A DNA stretch of 64,000 nucleotides from Anthoceros angustus. Its lineage: Eukaryota > Plantae > Anthocerotophyta. Made by a program: the position numbers and the translations under genes. The stretch is taken from positions 248,001 through 312,000 of the forward strand of contig VJWM01000016.1 of NCBI GenBank assembly GCA_010909165.1, written 5' to 3'. The notes under the pieces were generated by a model. That model searched no databases and was not told where the DNA came from. It was given only the letters and a program-made list of their open reading frames with translations. Below, piece after piece: positions 25,519 to 38,085 of the stretch; position 1 is the stretch's first letter, and each line of letters starts with the position of its first letter.

Positions 25519-28260
25519 GAACCTATGGTACCTATGTTGCTCGGCGTGCTGGCGTTCATCATAAGCGTGCTCGCACCATCACTCCCTTCCCAACCGCAAC
25601 CACCCTTACATTTTTGCCTTCACGGCACTTGGTTATTCCACGCCGCACCATCCACCAGTACGCCATAACATGGTTCTCCGTCGCGGTTGATATCCTCGAA
25701 CAACGCTCCATTCTTGTCTTCCATTCCATTTCTCCATACGAAATCGACCAATTCATAATACCTATAGGCCACCTCTCCACAAGGTCGGTGGCACTTGATG
25801 CGTGCACTGGGAAAACCAAATCCTAAGGTCGTCACGCAGCTCCTTTCGGTACCTCTTCCATTCCGGCCAGCCAGTCGAACACTTGGTGCATGAAAATGTG
25901 GCACTCCACCGGTCGGTAGACTCTCGCGATAATTTGTCCACCGCCACTCCATCCGGTCCGTCCCTCGCCGGTGCAGTCGTGAGGCGGCAAGTTTCTGGAT
26001 AGCCCTCCATGCGCAGACCGGCTTTGATGGTCCTCCACAAATGCCAAGAACTGACAGCTCCCAATAGTTGATGGGAACCATAGGCCACGCAGAATGTACT
26101 CGCGCTTTGCATCTCCCACTCCTCCGCCGCCCCCACGCCCCGCCGTGCTTGCCGGCGGACCGCAAACATGCGCGGCACCGTGATTTCAGTCATCTACGGC
26201 ATGTGAGCTACCTACTCTGTCGCTTCCCTCTTCAATTGCAACCGCCACCAGTTCACAACCCACCGGCCGCCTCCGCTCATGGCACGATCTTGGGTTCCTC
26301 ATCATCCTCCACGGGCACGGGCGGGCGCGTTGCCGACCCTTTGCACCACCGCCACCGGCGCGCTTCCTTGCCTAACTAATGCCCCGCGTTTCCCTTCCAC
26401 CAGCGGCGTCTCCTACCCTATTCCTTCTCGGCCGCGGTTGGGGCGGCGGCGGTAACCACGCGGTGGGCGGTCGTCACAACCCCCGGCAATCCTATTTCAA
26501 AACCTCCCACTGTGCGGTCCTCGTTGGCCCACCGCATCGAACTAGTGGGATGCGCGACTGCATCACTTGGGATGCATCCCTCCAGGCGTTCCCTACCCCC
26601 CCTCCCCAACGTCGCGGTGCACGGTCTTCCGCTCCTTTCCGACTCCATAAAGTCGGTGGAGAAAGCATGTTCACATAACCACTGGATGATGGGATGAACT
26701 CCTTTCTTTCACGAAGGGAATTGTGGGCTACAAACCCGTGTTTGTCAACCATTTGACCAACGGGTATGCCCGATCATTTCATGAAAACATGCATGAATAT
26801 TTGGTAATGAATGAGCTTGCGTTTTCGTAGGTCCCCACCACTTCGGCTGATTTCATTTCCATGCACCAAACCCACTTTGGCTGTCACCGGAACCTATGGT
26901 ACCCATCGGCAATTCTGGGCGTTCATCATAAGCACATGCTCGCACCATCACTCCCTTCGCAACCACCCTTACATTTTTTGCCTTCACGGCGCGGTTCACT
27001 TCCACCGCCCGGCACTCGCATCCCTCGCCATAACATGGTTCTCCGTCTGCGGTTGATATCCTCGAACAACGCTCCATTCTTGTCGTTCCATTCCATTTCT
27101 CCATACGAAATCGACCAATTCATAATACCTCATTAGGCCACCTCTCCACAAGGTCGGTGGCACTTGATGCGTGCACAGGAAAACCAAATCCTAAGGTCGT
27201 CAGTTCGCAGCTCCCCTTTACCTCTTCCATTCCGGGCGGCCAACCGCCGAACACTTGGTGCATGAAAATGTGGCACTCCACCGTCGGTAGACCTCTCGCG
27301 ATAATTTGTCCACCGCCACTCCATCCGGTCCGTCCCTCGCAGTGCGTCGTGAAGGCAAGTTTCTGGATAGCCCTCATGCGCGAGACACGGCTTTGATGGT
27401 CCTCCACAAATGCCAAGAACTCGGACAGCTCCCAATAGTTGATGGGAACCATAGGCCACGCAGAATGTACTCGCGCTTTGCATCTCCCACTCCTCCGCCG
27501 CCCCCACGCCCCGCCGTGCTTGCCGGCGGACCGCAAACATGCGCGGCACCGTGATTTCAGTCATCTACGGCATGTGAGCTACCTACTCTGTCGCTTCCCT
27601 CTTCAATTGCAACCGCCACCAGTTCACAACCCACCGGCCGCCTCCGCTCATGGCACGATCTTGGGTTCCTCATCATCCTCCACGGGCACGGGCGGGCGCG
27701 TTGCCGACCCTTTGCACCACCGCCACCGGCGCGCTTCCTTGCCTAACTAATGCCCCGCGTTTCCCTTCCACCAGCGGCGTCTCCTACCCTATTCCTTCTC
27801 GGCCGCGGTTGGGGCGGCGGCGGTAACCACGCGGTGGGCGGTCGTCACAACCCCCGGCAATCCTATTTCAAAACCTCCCACTGTGCGGTCCTCGTTGGCC
27901 CACCGCATCGAACTAGTGGGATGCGCGACTGCATCACTTGGGATGCATCCCTCCAGGCGTTCCCTACCCCCCCTCCCCAACGTCGCGGTGCACGGTCTTC
28001 CGCTCCTTTCCGACTCCATAAAGTCGGTGGAGAAAGCATGTTCACATAACCACTGGATGATGGGATGAACTCCTTTCTTTCACGAAGGGAATTGTGGGCT
28101 ACAAACCCGTGTTTGTCAACCATTTGACCAACGGGTATGCCCGATCATTTCATGAAAACATGCATGAATATTTGGTAATGAATGAGCTTGCGTTTTCGTA
28201 GGTCCCCACCACTTCGGCTGATTTCATTTCCATGCACCAAACCCACTTTGGCTGTCACCG
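25519..28260. repeat. 2 x 1371-bp tandem duplication
   Basis: ORF pairs offset by exactly 1371 (26068/27439, 26379/27750, 26492/27863); junction motif gaaccta at 25519, 26890 and 28261. Confidence 0.95.
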
Positions 28261-28399
28261 GAACCTACCATTTCATTTGCGGTATCCATCTGCATCGTCC
28301 ATGCTGTGTTTTTCTCACTGCGACTTATGGGTAGGTCAATCACTAACCAAGTAAACCTCACCAAGTCGATGTGAACACCATGCACACCGATGGTCTTTA

Positions 28400-31300
28400 T
28401 GCATGATGGACGGTTGACACGGTACTATGGAACATGACTATGACACATATATGGGTCTCGCATCTACAAAATACCTAAAAATAACCCAAGGAAAAGGCGA
28501 GCATGGTGTTGGTGGACATATACATTATTTATTGAGGCCAAGGAAGTAGGATTATACATAGACCCGGTGGGTTTTTCCTATATATGTGTGCCCAACCATG
28601 GATTCACTACAGTGCTTGCCTATCCCTCCCCTGCCTGCTTATATGTAGGGAGAAAAGTCCTTGGCCTTTGGACCAATCTAACATGTTCATTGCCCATGGA
28701 TGGCATGCACATGGTATGCATGTCATGATGCATGCTTGACATGCGATGTGTGTGAACATGTCTACCTACATGCTCTGTCATGGCACAATCAATCTATGTA
28801 CATCGTGATGCATGTTCGGCACGGTACTATGACACATATATAGGTCGAATATATATTGAAAATACGAAAATCAAAACCCAAGGAAAAGGTATGTTGTTGG
28901 TTATAATTATCATTTGTTCAAGGCCAAGGAGAAGTATGATTATAAATAGATTTGCCTACCATGGGTAGGTGGCACGTGATTTAACTGTTTTTTGGGCTTG
29001 ACACGGGACCCTTTGTATATATGTGGCCTACCTAGCCATTGATTCTTGGATTGTAGATGTTTGCCTGGATGGAAAGGGGTCCATACTTCGTCACTGCAGC
29101 GTCTCTTCTTTGTGTCTTGGAAAAGGGCGAGCATGTTGTGCAGTGCATAAATATCATTTGTTCGAAGGCCAAGGAAAAGTAGGATCGTAAATAGATCCGA
29201 CGTGCCTACCATCGGGTGAGAGGTGGCACGTGTTTCAACCCGTTTCCTTGGTGTTCAACAGACGGGACCACTATACATGTCTATATATGTGGCCTGCCTA
29301 GCCATTGATTCTTGCATTATACATGTTTCTCTGGATGAAGAGGCATACATACTCCGGCCCAGCAACTTCCCTTCTTTCTCCCTTGTGACATATGGGATCC
29401 GGTGGGAGCATCATGCAACCAACAGTTTGACCTTTTCCTTTGCTCTGCGCAAGGGACCATTGTTCATGTCATATATACGATTATGCACCCTCATGCTTTA
29501 TTCCATTGTCAATACATAGGAGAAAAGTGCATGTGTTAGATTGCGTCATTCCGCACATTCAACTTTGCTCATAGTGGGCAGCGTGTGGGCACCTGTGGGC
29601 GTCTCGTCTGCATAGTGTGGGCAGCGTGGGGCAGGTGGGGCGTCTCATACCGCATCAACGCCATGCCTCCATTGCATCACTCCATCAATGCCTTGTCTCC
29701 CATAATGCATGGCTATGCATTTTGCATTTGATGAATTTAAGGCATTTAGGCAATTTCGAAATTTAGGCGTTTGGGCATTTTGCACTATTCGCATTTATAT
29801 TTATGTATTTCCATTTTGGGCAATGTCGGTGGCATTTTTTCGCCTTCTGTTTGTTGGGTGGGTGCGGTTGGTTGGGGCGGGTTGGGGCGGGTTGGGTTAT
29901 TGTGCGGGTTGGGGTTCATTGTGCGGGTTGGGGCGGTGTGTCTTTGTTGGGGCGGGTGGCGGGTGGCGCATCGGGCGGGCTCAGCCGGCGGTGCAGCCCT
30001 CTGCTGGGCGATGGCGCGTGGGGGCTCCTCGGCTGTCCGTGGAGCGGGCCGGGTAATGGTGGGAGGACCCCTGGCGGGATGGGGTCGAGGATGTGGGAGT
30101 GACACAAATCCAGCCATGAGGCCGCGGAAGGGCCAAGCGGCAACCATGCCATCGAAAAATGAAAAGTGACAGATGGCTGCGTTGGCAGGCCAAGATGGGC
30201 CATGTTCACGGATTTTATGGCAAGCAATATGGGATGGACTTCATGAGCGGTACCGATTGCGGCGCGCGGACTACGGAGGATATTAATGCATAGCGAGATG
30301 GTGCGTGAATATGGCGGATGCCTAAAAGGCATGTTGGTGAAGGATGTCCTGGATGGTTGTGCAATGGCCATGCGGGCACTGCCGTTTCCGTCTCCAAAAC
30401 AAGACCTCCCACCACGGTGGTCGACCGCTCATGCCTCCAACGCGACCATGACATCGGATGGGCATTTGAATATGCAAGGCACAATGAATTGTTCCACAAC
30501 GTCGGATATTGGTGTGCGGTCCGGACACAATGCTCGGAGGCGGCGCGATAGCGCATCATTTGCACTCGACAATAGTTTATTTGAACATATCGGACCCAAT
30601 ATGTTATTGGGACACATATGTCTGACATCTTCGCGTGTGGCGGAAGGAACCATGATCGCCGGACCACATGGCATGTTTGGCGGGAGCCGAAAGTCAAGCC
30701 GGGTCATGTCCGCTGCAGAACCGCGGGAGGCGGAAGCGATCGGCGCATGGGGTGTTGGTGGCGCATGCATGCATCGGCAAGATGATGGCGCGGCGAGTTG
30801 AAACATTAGCGCAATACGCAATCATATATCGTGAGCCAAAACTTGGCCCGCGCGGCCACCTCCCAGCGAATCACCGCCCATGCCGGCGTGCCCGGTATGT
30901 CGGGCGGGGACGGAGGAATATCGTCAATGATTTCAGCTTTCCTTGGGCGACCCACTCACTTGAACAGCGCAATGCTTGCGGGCATCGCGCCATCGATCTC
31001 CTTCGCGCTGCCCTGCCGCCCCACACCGAGGCGCACATACGGTGGCGGATGTAAGGCAGTAAGCGGATCTTTCACAGTGCACCATGGCGTCGGAAGACAC
31101 GTGAGCATTGCACCTCTCAACCCGCCGGGCGTGACGAGGAAGAAATTGTGGGCACAGTTCTTGCTCGGCACGCGCCGTACGCGGATGGCGCGAATATGCC
31201 CCCATGGGTCATCGATCCGTCCGCCCACGGATGCGAGGCGGCCTTGTCGCGGGCCCGCCATCGCCCGTGTTCGCCAGCGGGCGGCGTCGTGCGCCCGGTG

Positions 31301-34300
31301 GCGACCCTCGGCGCGGCGTCGATGCCCAATGCGGACGCCTCTGCCGTCCCAAGCCGCATCGTCGGATGCTCGGAGGTTCAACGTGGCGTCCCGTGGCCCA
31401 TCCACATATGGCGGAGAATGGGTGGGCGGATCATCGCAATCCGCCCGCGGGGTGGGAGGATGGAGACGGCGCAGTGAGCGAGGCCTCCTGCGGGCGCCGT
31501 TGGGACAATCCCATTCACGCAACTCAATCACGCGGTGCGGTATAGCGGAAGAAGCAAAAGCTGCGGCGCACGTCGGTGATGCGGGCGGGCGTTGGCTCCT
31601 GGCGGGTACAAGTACGGACAAGGCTTTCCCAAGGTCGACTTGGGAGATGGAGAAGGCGGCGAGTTGTCTTCGTGTCCGCTCGACCTCGCAGTGGAGCTAA
31701 CGGTGCCCTCATGCCGGTGGCGGCGTACAACGCGTTCGCAAGGCGGTGTGTGCCATTGTTGCGTGCGAGGCTCTATTCGACAAGCGCGGCGATGCGGTCG
31801 GCTGCTTTGTGGTCCGTCGCCGGTTGCGTCGCGCACACACAAGTCCGGTGTATCCGACATTCTGTCAATTCCCCGGCGGCGTCACAGTCTTGTGGTGATG
31901 CAAATCTTGTACATCCGGGCGTGCAGCAATTTACACCTCTGCAGTGCGGAGAAGCGAGGCTGCGCCGGAGGTGTCGATTGGGTGGAGGAGGAAGAAGTGG
32001 ATGTCACCGGGATGGGATGAGGCGGGCGTTGGCGGCGGTGGTCGTGGCGCTGGAGGAGAGTTCAACAACCGTCGGTGCATCCCCGACCTTGAGGCACCGC
32101 GCATCCCACCCTCGACCCTCGGGACATGTGGGAGGAGGCACAATTTCCTCTCCCCTAGGCCAGCAGCGCGGTGCCTGCGTACGCCGCGTGGGCGGGCGCA
32201 CGAAGTCCGGCGCGCGGGCGGGGCGCAGCGTGCCGGTTCATGGGCGTCTCGCGGGGAGGCGGAGAGGCTCGCACGGCATGGCGGACCTTCTTAGTTGTGG
32301 AAGAGCTCCGGCACACACCACCGGTGGGGAAGGAAGCGCTGCGGCCCGGTGAATCCGGAGCCATCCGAGGAGGTTCTTTTCTTCGAAATTTTGGGTCACT
32401 TGCGGGAAAATGGCAATGGCTGCAAACAGCGCTCTTGCAAGGCTGCAACATCTTGTGGACAGGCGCGAGCACGAACTGGCGAAGGGCTCTTTGCATCCGA
32501 TGGTCAAGGCATGGCGGAAATGTTCGACACGCCACCATCCGAGGGTTCTTCGCGCGCGCGTCTCCGCCGGCTGGTCCGCCTTCTCGCGGATATGGACGAC
32601 CGACTGACCTTCGATCCATGACGGAAGAGTTGCGAGCGCGAATAGCACCAACTTGAGGTTCGCGATGGATGAGGAGGAGATGCTCCGGCGCACACCGCGC
32701 GGTCGCTTCAGGCGCGGAGGCGGAGAGAAAGGGCGGCGCGAGCGGCGCTTATGGCATTCCGCGGCGGAGGGCGCCGCGATGCACATCGATGCGGCGGTTT
32801 CTGACCGAGCTCAGTGCCGTCCGAGCGGAGCGGCGGCGATTCGAGGACATCCTAACCCTCCGGTGAGCGGCCGATGCCATTATTTGCGGTATGGTGCCTC
32901 GATGGGGTTGATACGCGCGGCATTGGTGATTGTTGAGGCGGGCATGGAGTGCCAACAATTCGACAATTTCCGCTGGCGGGAGGAGGGACCTTTCCACCGT
33001 TTAGAGTGCGATCGCACGTGCAGGACATCGGTGATGTAGTCCACGAGGTTGGAGCGATGGGCCAGCCGCGACGGTGCATCGCGAGGCACGAAGCAATTAG
33101 TCGCCGTCATTTGTGACGGCGTGTTGAACAACGTTCTGCGGTGCTACACATTACCACATCACGAGTGCATCCGACCCCTCGGCATGGTAAGATATTTGGC
33201 ATGATGCAAAATGTGCGAGTGCGCAGACGGATGCCTCCTTGCGAGCCATGTTCTTGACCACACTCTACATCCGGCAAATGGCATTGAGGTGAGTCGTCCC
33301 ATGACATTTGCCACACTCGCGCACTAGGGAGCCAAAAGGATGGCGTGCACAAGGAGTGGAAGGATGCGGGCAGGAGGGGCGTTGAAGAGGGCTTTTAAGA
33401 CGGATATGTTGACAACCCACCCATATGGCCATCCTCCAAGAAGCTGCGGCTCGGCGGGCGAAGAGGAGCGGCAGGCGATTTCATCGATTGGTCCGCGGGC
33501 TCCCGGATTTTTCAAGCATGTGGCCGACAGCCCTCGCATGTCGCGGTGGCGCGCGTCGGAAGAAGGTGCAGGACCTTTTATTCACCGAGTGCGCACGCGT
33601 TGGCGGGTGGGTGGGAGAGGGTTCCGGCATGTGGTGCACTGGACAAGAGGGCCATGTTGGAGTGTCTAGGGAGTGCACGCGTTTGAGAGTGTCACAAGTT
33701 CTTCACGCCACGCATGGATGCAGGCGAGCGTTCTGCGGAGTGAGATTCGAGGCCCTTGCCGCTTTGAAATGTTACGTGAAATCGTCGAGAGATGTCATTC
33801 GGCGATAGAGCGCGCTGTTCACCTTCATCACCGGCGAGTTTACTTGGGCGATGCCAATGGTGGTCGAGCAAGTTCCTCCGGGCATTTGGGCGGGCCTCGA
33901 GGCGAGGGGCGTGCTCACGCTCGCTCCCGCTCTATGTCTCAAGCTCGTGATGGCCACGCGGGTGACGAAGCCATCCGCATGAACTCCGTGTATGGGAACG
34001 CTTGAAGGCCGGCCTCGAGTCGGACTGCGTTTCATTAGAGGCGGCAAGTGGTTTTCGGAAGTTGTGTTTGTCCCGGCCACAAGAGGGCTAATGTGAGAGA
34101 CTTTGAGCCGTCGCACTCACTTCTTGGTTTGCGATGGCGGATCTGAAAATCGAAACATGCACCCATAGACGGCCGATTCGACGTGAATTGCTTTCCGTCA
34201 CCAATTGAGAATGGGCGAAACAAGGTCGGGCGCAATAATGAAACCGTAGGGTTGGCGGTTTGCGCGGGCGGTCGAATGCGCGGGAACGGAAGTGCAGTCC

Positions 34301-36800
34301 GCGGAGGTTCCAATCGGCGGCTGCCCGACAATCACAATGGGCAAATGGAAAGAGGTGCAGCGGTGGGGTTTTGAGGCGGAAGGTCTTCCAAATGGGCGTG
34401 CACCGATGGCGCATGGCGAGGTGGTGCGGCTACCGAGCAAGGTTGTTGTCATTGCGACAATCCGAGGTGGACGCTCAAAGTTCTTCTTGTACATCGGATC
34501 GAGAGGCTGACGACCGGAAGAAGACAAGCAGAAGTGTGCGGCGTGGAAGTGCGGTCGGCGTTCCGAGGTGCTCCTCGATGAGAGACAGGTATGGGCCTTG
34601 CATTCAGTGCCGGTGAGGTCTTGGGCATGGCCGAGGAGTTTGGGCTGCGTGTGGAAGACGGGATGCAGCGCGATCGCGGGATGCGGAGGGAAGGCGCTTT
34701 GGTGCATCATCGGTATGGTGAGCCCACTCGCCGCCACATATCCGTTGTGCCTTGCCGGTGGGAGGAAGGTCCTTGAATGTGCAGTGGAGGGGGCGGTGCG
34801 ATCGGGGGAGGCGGGCGCGGAATGGCCTCAAAGGGAGGTGCATTTTGATTGCGCCGCAATCACCGAGGCAGTGAACTTGCAGGGTGGCGATGGCGGCAGT
34901 GCTCATAATAGCAATGGCCGCGATCGCGAGTGGAAGAGTGGTTGTGGAATGGCGGTAGAAGGGTACTCCTCCATAAGTTTGGTGTTTCGCAAACCAAGGG
35001 CGATCGCGATGGTGTAATCGGTCCAAAGCCTAATTTGTCAGTGGTGTCGTCCAAAGCACAACGACTTGGTGTTTCGTTTTCATGTCTTTATCATGTAACT
35101 AGTCCTCGGCCTATGGCCCAATAGGCCGTGTTTCGTCATTGACATGACTTGATATTGTTGTCAAAGGCCAAGGACTAAAATGTAATCTGGATTGACGAAT
35201 GGTCCGAATGTAAGGTCCGATTCATGTAAGAAAATCCATTTCCCAACTACACGGTACTTGCCTATCTCGCCCGCCTATATATACGAAGACAAGGCCTTCC
35301 CCTTTGGACCATCCCGAGTCATGAAAGGGAAAATACTCATTGGCCTTTGGAGCTTTCACATTGGCAATGAAGGAACAAAACTCCTTGGCCTTTGCACCAA
35401 TATGTCAATCAATGAATGGAAGAAGACCTTGGCCTTTGGACCAAACCGAGAATCACCAAATGAAACAAGTACCTATCGACCATTCGACCGCTTAGTGACC
35501 ATTCTGCATAGGTTACATTCAAAGCCACACGACGCTCCCACTAGACAATGCGGTTCCCAAAGGTGAGAAGAGGGAAAAGAGAAAAGAAGGGGAGTATGGC
35601 TGCCTATCCTTTATGACAAACATGTACAATCGAAGAATCATAGGTTGGGTAGCCCACATATATAGGCAAAAACCACGGGACTCTCGATGAAGCACCACCC
35701 GATGGTAGGCACTGGATCTATTTAGAGTCCTACTTCTCCTTGGCCTTTGAACAAATGATATTTATGCATAACAACCTACTAGCCCTTTTCCTTGGTTTAT
35801 GATTTTGTATTTTCTATATAGGTGCGGTGACCTATATATGTGTAGTATCTTGTGCCTTACAAACATCGCGATGCACATAGGTTGATTGTGCCATGACACC
35901 ATCTAGGTAGACATGTTACATGTCAACCACATCATGACGTGGTCCGAGGCAAAGGCAAGGACGTTTCTTCCTATATATAGGCGGTAGGCGGGGATAGGCA
36001 AGTAGCGTGTAGTTGGGAGTCCATGGTTGGGTAGCCCACATATATAGGCAAAAAAAACCGGGAACTGTTGATGGAGTGCCACCTCACAGTCGATGGTAGG
36101 CAGTTAGGTATATTTGTAATCCCACTTGTCCTTGGCCTTCGAACAATTGATATTCATGCAATGAAGAACGTACTCGCCCTTTTCCTTGGGTTATGGTGTT
36201 TAGGTATTTTGAATATAGATGCGCTGACCTATATATGTGTCATAGTACCCTGCCGAACATGCATCACGATGCACATAGATGGAAAAGGTGCCCATGACAC
36301 AGCATCTAGGTATACATGTTCACATACTTCACATGTCAACCATCCATCCATGCATGCATACCATGTGCTTTCCATGTGCACATTTTCCTTGGGTTTTGAT
36401 TTTTAGGTCTTTTCTATATAGATTCGTTGGCGTATGTATGTGTCGAGTCTGTCGAACATATATCACGATGCACATGCACATGGTATGTATGCATGATGGC
36501 TGGTTGACATGTGATGCATGTGACCATGTCTCGTAGATCGTGTCATGGGCACCTTTTCCTTGGGTTTTGATTTTTATGTATTCTCTATATCGCACGTGAC
36601 CTTTATATGTGTCATGGTACCCTTCCTACATGCATGGTGCACATACATGGATTGTGCCATGGCACATCTAGGTACAAATGTTCAATGCATCACATGTCAA
36701 CCCCATCATGCATACATACCATGTGGATGCCATCCATAGGCAATGCACATGTGACATTGGTCCAAATGCGAAGGACTTTTCTTCCTATTTATATGCAAGG
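28400..36800. mobile_element. Segment bounded by ~1-kb diverged, internally repetitive inverted repeats (28400-29350 vs 35600-36800), with decayed GC-rich + strand coding-like sequence inside
   Basis: aacccaaggaaaagg / aaggccaagg / catcgtgatgcatgttcggca on the left match ccttttccttgggtt / ccttggcctt / tgccgaacatgcatcacgatg on the right. Confidence 0.55.
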
Positions 36801-37167
36801 CGGGGAAAGGCAAGTAAGTGTAGATGCCATGGATAGATGGCGAGAACACACATCGGAAAAGGGTGGTAGGTTGACTAGCGGTCAACATCCGGACTCAAGC
36901 AAAAGTCAGTTAGAAGGTTGGAGCTGCGGCAAGCTGAAAGCCGGTGGCAACATGCTGACCATCTGCGCAGTGGTGTTGAAAATAATAGCGGCGGCGAGGC
37001 AGCCAAAGCGAGCCTGGTGGCAAGTGATGCATTAGTGCCAAATGCGGTGAAAATCTGGACAACAGGCGGCTTTCTTGATTTAGCGCAAGTTGGGCAGCTC
37101 TTCACTCGGAACTCCAAGTGCCACTTTTCAAAGTGGAAGCTCACGAGCATAGGCGTTTTGCGATATG

Positions 37168-38085
37168 GGCGAGGTGGAAGACATGGAGCTCGACACACCC
37201 ATGTCGTGCCGGGACGGAGGAGGAGCGCCGGAAGGCATGGCGGGGGGAGCATGGGCGCCGACCGCCGAGCGGTGGCGACGATGAGGAAATGGCCGTCTGT
37301 GGCGGCGGGCGGCAATCGCTTCCTGCTCCGGCGGCGGCGGCAGGCGAGCGAGGCGGTGGCGGCGTGGAGGCCAGCCGGACGAGGGGCGCCGAGCAATGCG
37401 GCCACGGTGGCGAGCATCGGCGGCGGAGGCTCGGTCGGCGGCTGCGATGCGTGGCGGCATCCGATGCGCCTTGGTGGAGCCGCAGGCGTACCTTGCGATC
37501 CCCAACAAGCGTCTGCGGCGGGAGTCTGCTTGACCACAAAGGCTGTCTGCGGCGGATGGGCGGTTTGCGCCCGCCAAACACGGAGGGGCGAGGGCTTGCA
37601 TGCACCGGCCGAAGTCTGGGCGGCGGCGGCGAGGTGGACATGGAGCTCGACACACCCATGTCGGCCGGGGAGACGGAGGAGCGGAAGGCATGGCGGGGGG
37701 GGCAGCATGGGCGCCGGCCGCCGAGCGTGGCGGCGATGAGGAAATGGCCGTCGGCGGCGGCGGGCGGCGCGCTTCCCTCGCCCGGCAATGGCGGCAGGCA
37801 GCGGAGGCGGTGGCGGCGTGGAGGCAATGACCACGGCGAGGCCGCTGATGCTTGAAGCGGCCCCGGAGCATGCGGCGGAGGCTCGGTCGTGCTACGATCT
37901 TAGGTGCGATCCCCGCCGCCTTGGTCAAACCCTCGCGGCCAGGCGTGCCACCTTGGGCGATCCCCAACAAGCGGTGCGGCCGTGTCTTTGTTGCTGACCC
38001 ACAAAGGGCTGCTGCGGCGGATAAATTCGCCGGTTTGCGGCCAAACAGGAGAGCGGCGGGGTGCCGGCCGCGAAGTCTGACTGCG
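37168..38085. repeat. 2 x ~460-bp GC-rich tandem repeat
   Basis: gcgaggtgga..catggagctcgacacacccatgtc..gatgaggaaatggccgtc at ~37168 and ~37628. Confidence 0.8.

Noticed and set aside
33720-33860. Second MTase-like SAM-binding segment (MLREIVE..GDRALFTFITG)
   Set aside because: Similarity too weak; no motif IV or ParB motif found upstream
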